The notes under the pieces were generated by a model, which saw only the letters and a program-made list of their open reading frames with translations, had not been told where the DNA came from and searched no databases. The translations under genes and the position numbers were made by a program. A stretch of 51,892 bases of DNA, the filler included, from Diploschistes diacapsis (taxonomy: Eukaryota): assembly GCA_023645945.1 (NCBI GenBank). It is 3 parts of 3 records of this genome, joined end to end, with 100 filler letters (N's around TTAATTAATTAA, not from the genome) between each part and the next. Parts side by side here need not be neighbours in the genome. Positions count along the whole stretch, not along the records: positions 1 to 17,279 come from JALAIB010000461.1; 2 more parts are not named here. One strand, given 5' to 3'. Below, piece by piece: positions 1 to 11,887 of this stretch; the first letter of the stretch is position 1, and each line of letters starts with the position of its first letter.

Positions 1-810
1 CCCCATGCACTGCCCATGAGCGTTATAAACACAAATTACACAACGGCCAAGGATTCATGTCTTTAACTCTCTCCCGGAGCGCTACTCTTCTGCTTTCATC
101 ACCGTGTAAGGCGATACATACTTCTCTACTCCCACATTCGATGCCCAAGCCCTGCCCCCGGCGCTTCCCTGGCACTGTTTCTCGACAACTCGGTACCTCC
201 TCTCATCCAACTCGTGGAACGTGAGATCGACGTCTAGCCTCTGACGGCCTGAGGAGAGACGCATACGACCGCCTGCGGCTATCCTAGCCTAGTCCACCAT
301 CTCACTGCTTCTTGGCCCATCCATCAAGTCGCGCGTTGAACTGGCTCCCCTGGGTGCCAAAATATACATGGTACGCTCTTTCTTCATGTACCGGAGTGTT
401 GTTTGCCCTTCCCCCCGTTCCCCCCCTTGTCACTTGGGGTAACCATGCCCCGGGCTCGGTTGCGCCATCTTTTGCCGCGGGGCATGGCTGCAGCCAGGTG
501 CTTGGTCGACCAAAGGCTTTTGACCCCAACGGACCATCTTGGATGCGTGATTTACACATCTTTTTCTACCGATATTCTCGTCCACTCTGCGTCTGAGTTG
601 TTGAGCTGCTAGCACCTGTACACCTTTTTCTTTCCTGACCTATTTATTATTTAATTGTGTGATGACCAGTCATGTATCCCAAGTTTGAGTGGGAAGAGGC
701 TGTTTGGGCTTGGCAGTCTGGCAGGTTGGGGCCTATCGGCTCCTCCTGCAGGGCTAGGCTGCTGGATCGGCTAGCCGGGAGACGCGAGTTTCCCCCTTAG
801 TACCTCTCAC

Positions 811-1563
811 ATTTCCCCATTTCCCATTTTCCCGTTTCCCCATTTTTCCATTTTTCCATTTCGCATGATCTATCATTGCTACCACCTACATGTACGCTGC
901 CCAGTGGCACTGTGGCAGTGGACGCTGAAGGCTGGGAGCAAGAGCGAGAGCGAACTTCCAAAGATTGAGTCACTTTGTCACTCGCTCACTTCACTCGTGC
1001 CGTCAACTGCCTGAGTGGTGGTGGTGGTCTGAGTACTACTAGTGGCCCCGAACTGGCGAGGCCGAAACAAACACAGCAACTCTATTTTCTTTCCATCTTT
1101 TTTTTTCTCTTTTCAATTTCCGCTGGCTGCAGCACACCACGCAAGCCTCATACGCATCTACGGACACACGCACACACGACGTGCGTTTCATTTAACGTTT
1201 TTATTTCGCAACTGTTGCTGCAAACCTAATCCTTCCCGCACCTTTCCACACCTTTCCACACCTTTTTCTCCCCCCCACCAGGCACTCCAGCAATCTTAAC
1301 CTGCTTACCAAGCCCCCATTCCCTCTTATCCTCTAGCCACTCGTACGCTGTCTTGGCTTTTACTGTTGTGGCTGGCCGTTTTGTACCAATCTTCTTCTTC
1401 TTCTTCTTCTTCATCTTCTTCATCATCATAACTCCTTCCCACGCTCTCTCTACCTTCCCATACTAGCCTAACTGCTTTTTTTCCCAGATGACCCATTCCC
1501 CCGTTATCACTCGAAACTCTCTCTCTCTCTCTTCTCTCTCTCTTCTCTCTCTCTTCTCTCTCT
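811..1563. repeat. Simple-sequence repeats upstream of the first gene
   Basis: Degenerate (CCCATTT)n at 811-860, (TTC)n/(TCA)n at about 1391-1428, and (CT)n at about 1517-1563. Confidence 0.85.
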
Positions 1564-2127
1564 CAGTGCCTCACTGCCTTGAGCAATGCCTCGGCAATTA
1601 CCCTTTTTTCCCAGTCATAATTCACACAACTGTTGCATCCATGCACCCCCAAATCCTCCCGAACCTTTTCGCGCGCACATGCCCACACACCCCAAGCCCC
1701 ACCAATCACTACGGGCTGGCTTCCTCTTCATAAGATTTCATCTTTCTCGACCATAATATTGTTAATGACCCCCGGCCCCATTCAGCCATCACTTCAGTAC
1801 CACTGGTTCCCCCCTTATCGTCTTCAAGAGCGTTATTCCTCATTCTTTCCTCACCAAGAACCCGCACCCTAGCGCCACCTCCCTTTGACATTGTTCCTCA
1901 CCAAGGTGTCATTTTTCTATCCATCCGGTCAATCTACAACCTACCCGGCCCGGCCCCCGCGCCGAAGAACACGCCCCCAGATTGTATCCTGGAGCTGGAC
2001 CGGCAAATGGCTTCCGCTCTTTGAAACCGCCAATCGTGCTAATCTTGATCTTATTTCTTGAACCTTGTCAAGCTTCTCGCAAGAACAGGAGACACGGTGA
2101 TTGCTGACATTGGTCCCGTTTACACAG

Positions 2128-4858
2128 CATCGCTCCCATCTAGTACAGCAGGGGCAACCTCCCGCACACGTGCAGCAGCATCCAAGACCCTCGAACATAG
2201 TGCAACAGCAGCAGCAGCACCCCAGTTCGCCACGCCAGCCCGCACAAGCTCAACAGCACCCTGGCTCTTATACTGCTCCACACATCGCCCCCAACAGTCT
2301 CCCTCTCCAGCACCACCAAGTGGCTTATTCTCATCAGCAAGGTCCAGGAACGGCGAGACAGGCTGCTCCTCCGGAGGTCCCTTACTACGCAAGCCATACG
2401 GCCCCGTACGGGAACCCGGCGCAACCCCAATACTCTTCCTCCGGTAAGCTGACCCGAGGCCCCCCCCCCGTATTTCCGGGGCAGCCAGAGCGTGCACTGA
2501 CGGCTTCGCAGAAACCCCGGAACTGATGGCTGCCGCGCACATGCAGAGACCACCGTACAATCCGCAAATGTACCACACTCCACAGTCAAACTCTCCAGCA
2601 TCGGTCGCGTCGCCGCAGAGTCACGATTATGGCAGGATGTACAGCCAACCCCAAAGTCAGATGGGACAGGCGATGCAGTATCCACAGTATCCTCCCATGA
2701 GCCAAGTTCCGCCCTACGCCCAACACGGAGGCCAGACATCGCAACAGCCCCAAACCATGCCAGCTCAGTCGACGCTGATGCAATATCAGCAGGCACACCA
2801 AGCGCATCAATCGCACCAACAGGCAATGTCACATCAGCCGCCCCAAACACCCACCCAACAAGACATGACGACTTCGCCACGGCCGAAGCTGGAACCGTCG
2901 TCGACCCCGCAGAGACCGTTGGATCCCGCCTCGCTGCAGCAACGTCCGTCCGGCGCGCCGATGGCCGCGAGCGGCACGCCCAGCGGCACGCCCTCGACGA
3001 CGAACGGCGTGCAGCAGAACACGCCCGGCAGCTCCGGCGTCAATTCGAATGCGGCTCCGGGACCGATACCTGCGACCACGCCGCTGGTCGTAAGGCAGGA
3101 CAACAACGGCGTTCAGTGGATCGCGTTCGAATATTCGCGGGACCGCGTCAAGATGGAATACACGATCCGCTGCGATGTGGAGTCGGTCAACGTGGACAAT
3201 CTCAATCCCGACTTCAAGTCGGAAAATTGCGTCTACCCACGGGCCTGTTGCAGCAAAGATCAGTACAGGGGAAACCGGCTGGTTTATGAGACCGAGTGCA
3301 ATACCGTGGGCTGGGCCCTCGCGGAGCTGAACCCCTGTTTGCGGGGCAAGCGCGGTCTCATCCAGAGGGCGGTCGACAGCTGGAGGAACAGCAATTCGGA
3401 CCCGAAGCTACGAAGCCGAAGAGTCAGGCGAATGGCGAAGTTGAACAACCGAAGGCAATCGCATCCCCCCGGCCGCATGCCGGGTCCGGTTGGGCCCGCG
3501 GCTCCCGTAGGCCCTGTTGGTGGCCACGTTCCTCCTCCGGGAGCCACCTCGGCACCTCCCATGGGTGCCACCCTCCAGCGTCAACCCCCCCAGCCTTCCA
3601 TGGGCATGGGCCCCCAGCTGCACCACGACCACCACCATCCGGATGGAGCTCCACAGAGTGGCAACGCGGATGTCAGCGGTATGTTCCATCGCATGTAAAC
3701 CAACCGAACTTTTTGTTTTTTTTTTTTGTTTTTTTGGCTTGCCAGCATGAACATGTACCACGATGTTTGTGTGTTTGGAATCGGTGCTGGTACCGATGGG
3801 CGCTGGCGTAGCTAAAATGGAGGCACACGTAAAATGATTTTGCGTTCCATCGCGCGTCCCTTTGCTGCCGAAGCGTGCGCTGTGATTGTGAGACGTTGGT
3901 ACGATTTGCTATCCGAATCTGCTTCTTCGCATTGCCCGAGAGCTTCGTAGAACGTTTCTACGCAGCACATGCTAACACAACCCCGGGCAGGTTCAGCCAC
4001 CGAGGATCTTCGACCGAGCAACGTCTTCCATGGCTATCCCTCCTATGCACATCAGCCTCCCGTGGGCGCTTCGATGCCGCCGCAGATGCACGACGGACTG
4101 GCAGGTCTGGGCTCCCACAACCCAGCGAGCGTTGCCCCCGTTCGAGCCAAACGCAAAGCCTCGGAGGACCCGGAGACGATAGCCGCCCTCTATGGCGACC
4201 TGCCAGAGGAGAAGCGGCGGAAATTCATCCTCGTCGACGACAGTCAGCGAAATACGCGGGTACGTGTCCGCGTCGCTCTCGACCAGGTCGAAATGGACGA
4301 GATTCCGGACTCGAACCGCAAGACAAACTCCGTCTATCCCCGTGCATACTTCCCGATGCAGATGCAGTCGCCGAGCGACACGCCGCGCAACCCACGCCTT
4401 TTCGCCGAGGACGAGGACGACGGGGGCACCGAGCATGCGACAGCAGGCAGAACGACGGTTCCTATCCCCCTGCTGGAAGGTGGGCAGGAGCTTGCGCTCC
4501 CCAGGATCAGCAAGTCGAAGAAGAAGCGGGAGAATACGGTAAACGAGATGGGGTACAGGATGAGTTGGAGCCAGGGCAGGGTGTTTGCGGGGCGGATTCT
4601 GTTTCTGCAGAAGAGCCGTATGTCGTCCGAATAACGTCCTTCTCCGGTTGCAGACCGGGGCGATGCTGACCTGCTGTACTAGTGGACGCCTACAGGAAGA
4701 AGATGCAGACGGTGCTCATGCAGAACGCGCAGTCTTCCGCAGAAGCCGAGACGCAGCCTCGGCGGGTGGCTTCTCAGTTCTTGACAAGGGTCGGCAAGCA
4801 AAGGTGGTTACACCACTCGAAGAAGACAAAGAAGGAAGAAGACGACGACGACGCGTAA
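2128..4858 (+). CDS. Conserved fungal Q/P-rich protein with two copies of an uncharacterised domain (recalled as DUF8032-like); true start codon upstream and unresolved
   Basis: Exons 2128-2443, 2512-3678, 3991-4617 and 4683-4858 join in frame via GT..AG introns with CTGAC/CTAAC branch sites. Domain 1 reads WIAFEYSRDRVKMEYTIRCDVESV...NCVYPRAC; domain 2 reads KFILVDD...NSVYPRAYFP. An acceptor at 2127 implies a first exon that I could not place. Confidence 0.8.
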
Positions 4859-5040
4859 GGATGATCTCCATCTTTCGGCCAGCAGACTCGTATCATCCCC
4901 CTCGCCCTCCAACCATCGACCCTCGATCACGACCAGCATTGTCGCACTCGCCATCAAAACACCCGAACGACAAGGAGGCAGCGCAGCAGCGCAACAGCGA
5001 ACACGGGGGACGCGGCCCTGTGCTTCGACATTCTCAACTG

Positions 5041-5720
5041 TCTTTTTTCTTCTTTTTTTCTTCTTCTTCTTCTTCTTCTTCTTCCACCCAAAAAAACGCA
5101 CACGCTATTTCAACGCCTTCTTTTCTCTCCTTGTGGGGGACATCATCCAAGTAGCCAAGGGCTGGCTCCGAGCTATCTATTCGACGATCTCCGCCCGTTC
5201 CTTTCAGGGCTTCCCATCTTCTGCTCTGTTGGTCGTCGGCTCTACTTCTACTTCGGCTTCCCTCGGTTCGGATGTGGTGGCAGAAGGATTCCCATTCGAG
5301 TTTGGTCAAGGAATGGTGGAGGGAAAGGCCATCCGGGTCGGCGATGGATGGGGAGAACAACAGCATTAGGTAACAGGGTTGGTTGGTCGGTAGCTTGAGA
5401 AGCCTAGAACAAGAACAAGAACAAGAAACAAATGTTCAAAAAAACTAAACCCTCCCTGCGTGTTGGGGTACGGACTGTGCACGTAGAATGTTCGCTATAA
5501 GATATTCAATTTTGATTCAACTGATGCTCTCAACACCCGCCGGCCTAGCAATGCTCTCGAGCTTCCCGCTCGCTTGGACGATCTGTCCATCGATCCATCC
5601 ACCCATTAAAGCCAAAAAGCCTTCTCTCCTCTCTCTCTCTCTCCTCCTCTCCCCCTCTCCCTCCTCTCTCTTTCTCCCTCTCCCTTCTCCCATCCTTTTC
5701 TCCTACCTCTTCTCCCCCAG
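5041..5720. repeat. Microsatellites between convergent gene ends
   Basis: (TTC)n at about 5057-5083, (GAACAA)n at about 5406-5427, and a CT-rich tract at about 5620-5720. Confidence 0.85.
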
Positions 5721-8700
5721 CCCAACAACGTACCTCGACCTCCAAACCTTCTTCCTCCCATTCCCGTTCCCATCGGCATGAACATTGGCATGGACCGGCT
5801 TCCTCGGCGCAGCCAGCGCGGGGAACGCCTCGGCACTGTCCAGAGCCGGGACGGCCGGCGGCGCGGCCCACGCCGTCTCGCCCAGCGCCGGCGCCGGAGC
5901 CGCGGCGGCGCAAGCAGAATGCCGCGCACCAGCAGAGGTACGGGCGGGAGCATCGTCGCTCAGGTCGATGAGCGGGTAGTCGCCCATGCTGTTCGGCGCG
6001 GAGCATGCCGGCTGCTGCTGCTGCTGCTGCTGCGGCTTGCTGATGGCAGCGAGGGCGCCCATCTTCGTCCGTGCCGAGGCCGTCGTCTTCCGCTCCCCGG
6101 CGCCTTCCTTCGCCTCCTCCTCCTCCTCCTCGCCGCGCCGGGCGGTTTCCGCCTCGGCATCCGCCATGGCCCGCGCGTCCGCCGCCCTGTGCCCGCCCGC
6201 CGCGAAGGCGGCCCACTTCTTCTTGCCCTCTGCGATCTTCGCGGGCGAGAGAGCGGCAGTGGTGGTTGTTGTTGTTGTTACTACGGCGCCCCCGGTGGGT
6301 GGCGGCATGGCCGTGGCCGTGGCCGTTTGCCGCTGCCTCTGCGCGGCTTGTGGGCTGCGGTATCCGCCACTGCAGGGCTCGCAGTGGCACGGCTTGATGC
6401 CGCAGCCGCGGCTGCAGGCATGCCCGCAGTTCATCACCACGTCGCAGTCCTCCTCGCACTTCATGTCGTCGCAGGCGAACGGGTGGCAGGGGAGCTGGCA
6501 CCCGTGGCCGCAGGATCGGAGGCTCTCGCAGGCCTGCTGGCAGCCGCCGTAGAGGTTGTCGAAGTCTGTCGGGAGCAAGGCGCGAACGACGGTGCCGTGG
6601 CGCAAGCAGGTCGTTGGGAGGTAGGATTGGATGCAGCTTTGCTTCATCAGCACGGAGAGGATGTCCTTCCACTTTTCGCTGGTGTCCGCCAGGAGGCCGG
6701 CGTTGCCGAAGATGTAGAAGCCACGCCGGGCGCGGGAGAGGGAGACGCAGGCTCGGTTGATGTTGCTGAGGAAACCGATCTGGTTTCGCGCGTTGTTGCG
6801 TACTAAAGAGAGGAGGATGATGTCGTTTTCCTCGCCCTGGTAGGAGTCGACGGTGCTTACTTTGGTGTTGTGACCTTGGAGGAATTCATGCCTTTTGAAG
6901 AGACGGCGGATGAGTTTGGCCTGGCCATTGTAGAAGGTGAGCACGGTGATCTGCTCGGGTAAGAGACCGTTGTAGACCAGATAGACGAAGAAGGCCGTGA
7001 TCATGCGAGCCTCGAGGTCGTTCATCTTTGAGAGGGCGTCGTCGTTGGATTCGTGCCACTTATGGTGGAAAAAGTGCATGTTGACCTTACCCATACCAAT
7101 TATGTCGGGGCGATCAAGCACAGAAGAATGGTCCTCGAGCTCGGGGTAGATGGGGTTGATCAGCTCGCGGATCTCGGGGCGCATCCGCCTCTGGCTCGTC
7201 AACTGCGTGAATGGCATGCCGTTCTTGACAAGCCTCTCAAACATGGACATGTCGAAATTCGCCGGGTCACCCTCAAGATCCACATTGAAGCAATGGCCAC
7301 GCAGTTGCTGGTGGTCGCCGACGAGGATAAGATGCTCGAGCGATTCAAAACATGCCGCTGCTACGTACGCCTCAAGTGTCTCTGCGGCTTCCTCAATAAG
7401 GACGACCTTAGGTCTCAGACTCGTAATGAGGCCGCGGTATTTGCTCAACCCAGTTGTGGTCAGGCCGATGACCTTTGTTCTTTGGAGTATCTGATTTTCC
7501 ATTTCCCACTTGCCAATTTTCAAATCCTTTGCGAGATTTTGAGCATCATGCCCATAGTTACGGAGCAAGGCAGTGACCTTGGCCGTGATAGATCGCCGAA
7601 AGTAGTCGTACATGGCAGGACGATACGCCTTCAGTACTTTGTTCAGATCTTGGTGAGTCTGAAGCTGCTTTTCGATAACCTGGTCTGGAGTCGTGGTTGT
7701 CTGCTTAGAGGTATAACCGGCGTAGAAGGTGAATGACTTCCCCCTAAGTGTTTCGAATTTCTCATCATCGGTTGCGACAGCTTCGAGATCCTCCTCCCCG
7801 AGCTTCTCGAATTCTTCGAACTCCTCAAATTCGCCAAATGACCAATGCCCATGCGTCTTTTTCGCGGGAGCAATGGTGTTGTCACACCAGAGTTCCATGG
7901 GCGGAGTCTCATCCACAAAACTTCCGACGAATTCACTTTCCGCGTCCAGGATGGAGTCACGCTGCTGTTCGGATATGATACCATACTGACAGCAGAGCTC
8001 CGGAGTCAACGGCTGGTCGCTAATGTAGGGTGTTAGGAGCCTCTCAAGTTCTCTTTCCAGGCCACTTCGCTGCGAAAACGCATACTTCAAAGTATGGGGA
8101 AGTTTGATTTTGTTATGTTGCTTGACTTCAAATAGTGTGCGCGGCTTGATAATATCCATGTCGTTGGTCTGACCACCGAGACGAATGAAGTTCGGGTCGA
8201 ACTTACTGATCAGCCGTAATAGCTGATCTAGTGCATGGTTCGTCTGCGCTGTGACAATTATTGGCGGATCCGTGGGCAACATGTTCTCCAACATGATCTT
8301 GATGGCTACCACTGAGACATGCGTCTTTCCAGTACCAGGGGGCCCTTGGATGATCGCAAGCTTCCGCGTAAGTATGCGTTGCAGAGCGCGAAGTTGTGAT
8401 TCATCAAGCTCAGAGCTTGCTTGAGCTTTTGAGGCACCATTCGCAGCGTCGACGGGGGTCCCAGGATCATCCACTGATGCGAAGCTCGGCCAATCGGTGA
8501 GAACATTTTGACGATACAAGGGATCTCCATTGTCCTTCACTGCGCTCCCCAAATTCATCGACGGGCGCAGAACTCGATAGTCTGGAGGCGGAACACTTTG
8601 GTGTAGTGAAACTATATGCTGAAATAGGGGAAAGCTTTCGCTATATAGCTTCTTTAAAGCTTGAAATGTGTGACGATAGGCTTCCCAGTAGCCACTCACT

Positions 8701-9569
8701 GCCTCAACCATAACATACTCTTGTTGAGGGTCGATCTCAAGCTGATCCGCATTGCCGATATAGATCTGAATGCTGGGCTTTGCAGGATACTGGACATCTA
8801 GAGCGGATAGAAGCCGCGAAGCCACCACGGCAACGATGCATTTCGAACGAAAATTATCCTTCGCCGGGGTAAGGGCAACCATAGTCCCCGTCTTAAGACG
8901 CTTTGATTGAGCCCAATGTATCAGCTTCCCTGTGCGACGTGTGGAGAATTCGATTTTGAGAGCCAATCCTTCGCGAGCCACAGTGAGGCCTATGATATAG
9001 ACATTCTCGTATACCCGCGTATCGGCTGCCGAATCACTCTCCAGCATGTTTGGCTTCAAACGGAATTCGTCGACAGATTGCTGAAGCGGATAGACGCCAT
9101 CTTTGCGCATAAGGTCGGCCTGAATGCTCAAGTAGTCATTCTTGCCGATGAACGGCTCATTTACTCTGTTTGGATGCACACTGTTTCTGGGGACTCGGAC
9201 TTGCCCGTCAACAATCCAACCAATTTCTTCTTCACTTGGTATCTCCGGTAACTTGAGGCATGAAAGATCAATCTCGGCCTTCTTCTCTTCTGATACCCAT
9301 TCTTCCACAACATCCGGGATGCTGTTTTCCACATTGTTTGATACGTAGTTCTCGAGGTGTTTCTTCACCTGCGCTTGTTCGGAGTCGCTAAAGCTTGGTA
9401 ATGTTCCTCGTTCCCAGGCGCGCTGTTCATGGCCTATGGGACGTCTCCCTCCCTTACCAGGAGCTGTAGGACAAGAGTAAGTTTCTTTGGAAGAGGTGCA
9501 GGCCAGACATCAAGACTTACAGCTCAGAGCATTGAATGCACCGGGTCTACGTAGTTGCATGAAAGCCAT
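5703..9569 (-). CDS. hrr1: SF1 (UPF1-like) RNA helicase with NFX1-type zinc fingers; Hrr1/ZNFX1 family
   Basis: The 1221-aa ORF extends by a first exon (ATG 9569, intron 9464-9520). Motifs: IQGPPGTGKT (Walker A), IEEAAE, GDHQQL, QRRMRPEI, VDSYQGEEND, SLSRARRG. A Cys-rich region CGHGCQLPCH...CGHACSRGC follows. Confidence 0.85.
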
Positions 9570-10433
9570 CTTGATGGTCTCAAAGAACGCACATGAGAAC
9601 ACACAATTCGTTAGCCGGAGGAAAGCGGGATGATATAGTAACCTGAGCTTCCGGCAAGAACAACTTGAACGTCTTCACTGGTGGAAACTGCTGTGAGATA
9701 AATCATAATGTAGAAAATCACTTGTCATTAGGAGAGGTAGGCAGGAATATATAGCCACCAGAAAGTGACTTTACACGTGAATTGAATTGAAACCATCTCC
9801 GAAGCAACACTACTACGTAGACGCAACTTATCGAATTCACATAGTGTCTATTATGAAAGCCTCACAACTAGGTCTTGTTAGGTGATTAACACGTGAACTT
9901 TTGCTAGATGAATGCTCTTGCGTGTTTGTAGCGGCTTAAATGAAATGATAATAATAGGAGAAGTACACATCCTTACTGGTTCTCAATACCTGAAGATACA
10001 GAAGAATAATGGGAATTTCTACTATCCTGGATGTTCACTTTGTTGTTTGCCAGAGCAGCTGTGCTAGAAGCTCGTGTAGTTGCTCCAAGAACTTGGTATA
10101 CTATAGCGTTCGAGTGGAAATCGAAAATGGTGTTGAAAGTAAGAAAAGGGGGAAGACACGAGTTAAGATGTTCATACTTGTCGTACGGATTATCAACTCA
10201 TCCGCGGTAGCTTTTTGAATAATAGATCACCCCAACTCATCACAGCTTGCCTCCCTCCAGCATACCTCTGCAAATGCAGCGCACCGTTGTGGCGCAAAGA
10301 CGCACGACATCATTGTTGCAAGTTTGTTAGGTAATCTGTTGATCCATCTTTGGGCATGGTCCGATGCGAACGGCATATACCTAAAGATGCCAGCTTCTCC
10401 CAGCTACATGATCTATACAAGTCATAATCGAGT

Positions 10434-11408
10434 ATGGCTTACGACCCTCCCAACATTGTAGCTGTCTGTCTGGTGCTACCTATTTTAGCCTTGATAGCGG
10501 TCTGTCTCCGGTTTTGGGTCAGGCTGCGCGTACAACCGACATATCTCGGCCTCGACGACTGGCTAATCCTTGGTGCTTTCATCTTCCTGGTAGGAGATGC
10601 GGCAGACTTGGTCGTAGGCAAGTTAGTTCTTCAGTGCTCAAGAGCTCAAGGCGCTGGCTGACCAGACTTGTCATGACAGGAGCAATATCTGGGATTCAAG
10701 GGAGAGACTATCCTGGAGGTATTCCCTTGGATCGAAATATCCTTGGAAAGAAGGTAGGTTGAACAGCGTTCTTTCATCCTTTCGGCCATACTGAAGCAAA
10801 GCCGGAACAGTCGGATTATGCCCAGGTCATCATTGAGAAACCCATGTACGCCATGATGAAGCTCAGCGCGTCCTCTTCTTCTTTTGCCGCATATTCTACG
10901 TTGAAGAGACATTCTGCTGGATCAACAACTTTATGATTGTCCTGGTTATCGTTTGGGGCCTGGCATTTGTGCTTGTAAAAAAATTTTCGTTTGTGGCGGC
11001 AACCCTACTGTCCTTTGGGATCCGGACGCTGTGCATGCAGGCAGGGTCGTGTGTCATGCTCGCGGTGACCGACGCGGTTGGTGATATCCTCATAATCCTC
11101 ATGCCATACCCATATATTGGTAATTACAGAAGAGTGGGCGCGAGAGGATTGGTATAGCGCTAATTTTTGTGCTCGGTGCCCTGTCGACCCTAGCATGTGT
11201 CATCCGTCTGGGGTTCATATCGCAGGCTTTCACGGTAGGTTGTAGGTCTGAAGCGAATCATCACATGGCCGGCACACCTCCTGCTGTGTGGTCGACCGTC
11301 GAGGGGGCTATCAGAGTGCTTGCAGCATATCTACCCTTGTTGGGCCCACTGGTCAGGAAAACTCCGGGAGCAAAGGAAGCAATGATGTTTTTATCTGAAG
11401 CTGTTTGA
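10434..11408 (+). pseudogene. Frameshifted PTH11-like (fungal rhodopsin-domain) membrane protein
   Basis: Starts AVCLRFWVR...GLDDWLI. Introns are 10618-10679 (GC-AG) and 10754-10810. The family motifs KLS/VLFFFCRIF, IFVCGGNP, TDAVGDILIILMPYP and LQKSGRERIGIALIFVLG lie in different frames, with shifts near 10867, 10980 and 11120. Confidence 0.75.
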
Positions 11409-11887
11409 TAGTCATACGTTTCGACCTTTTTGTAATATCGCATCTTTGTTAAAACATAGTATTCCTTGATTGCAGGGCTAAGCAATGGGTTATGTGGCAG
11501 GCGATATTGATAATAATTTGCACCAGCACTATATTAAGCTCTTCCCTGAACTTTTAGGTCTGATTTGTAATTATTCTGAAGCATCGTTTCGTGTATCAGT
11601 CTAAAGCGGTGGAAGAGGTACTGGGTATGCAAATTATCATTACCGTCGTCTGAGGACCGCGATCGCCCAAACAGAATAAAGCGCAACCGAGAAATAGAGT
11701 CTCACGTGACTGATAAAAGTTTCAGTTTCAACTGATTCTCGAATCTTCATCGAGACGAATGTCGAACCACTATTTATGGAGTAATCATAGGTGAGAATAC
11801 TCATTGGCGGGCATGGAGTAGGATGCAATGAGCCGCTTCTCGTCTTTCCTGTAATCTACCGTAGATCAGGCATATATTATTAGCATT

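Noticed and set aside
82..615. Short ORFs at the window start
   Set aside because: No convincing motifs or splice structure; cannot be supported as genes.
5545..6806. Long overlapping ORFs (375 aa, 342 aa, 188 aa) over the helicase 3' end
   Set aside because: Shadow ORFs caused by stop-codon scarcity in very GC-rich coding DNA; no recognisable motifs.
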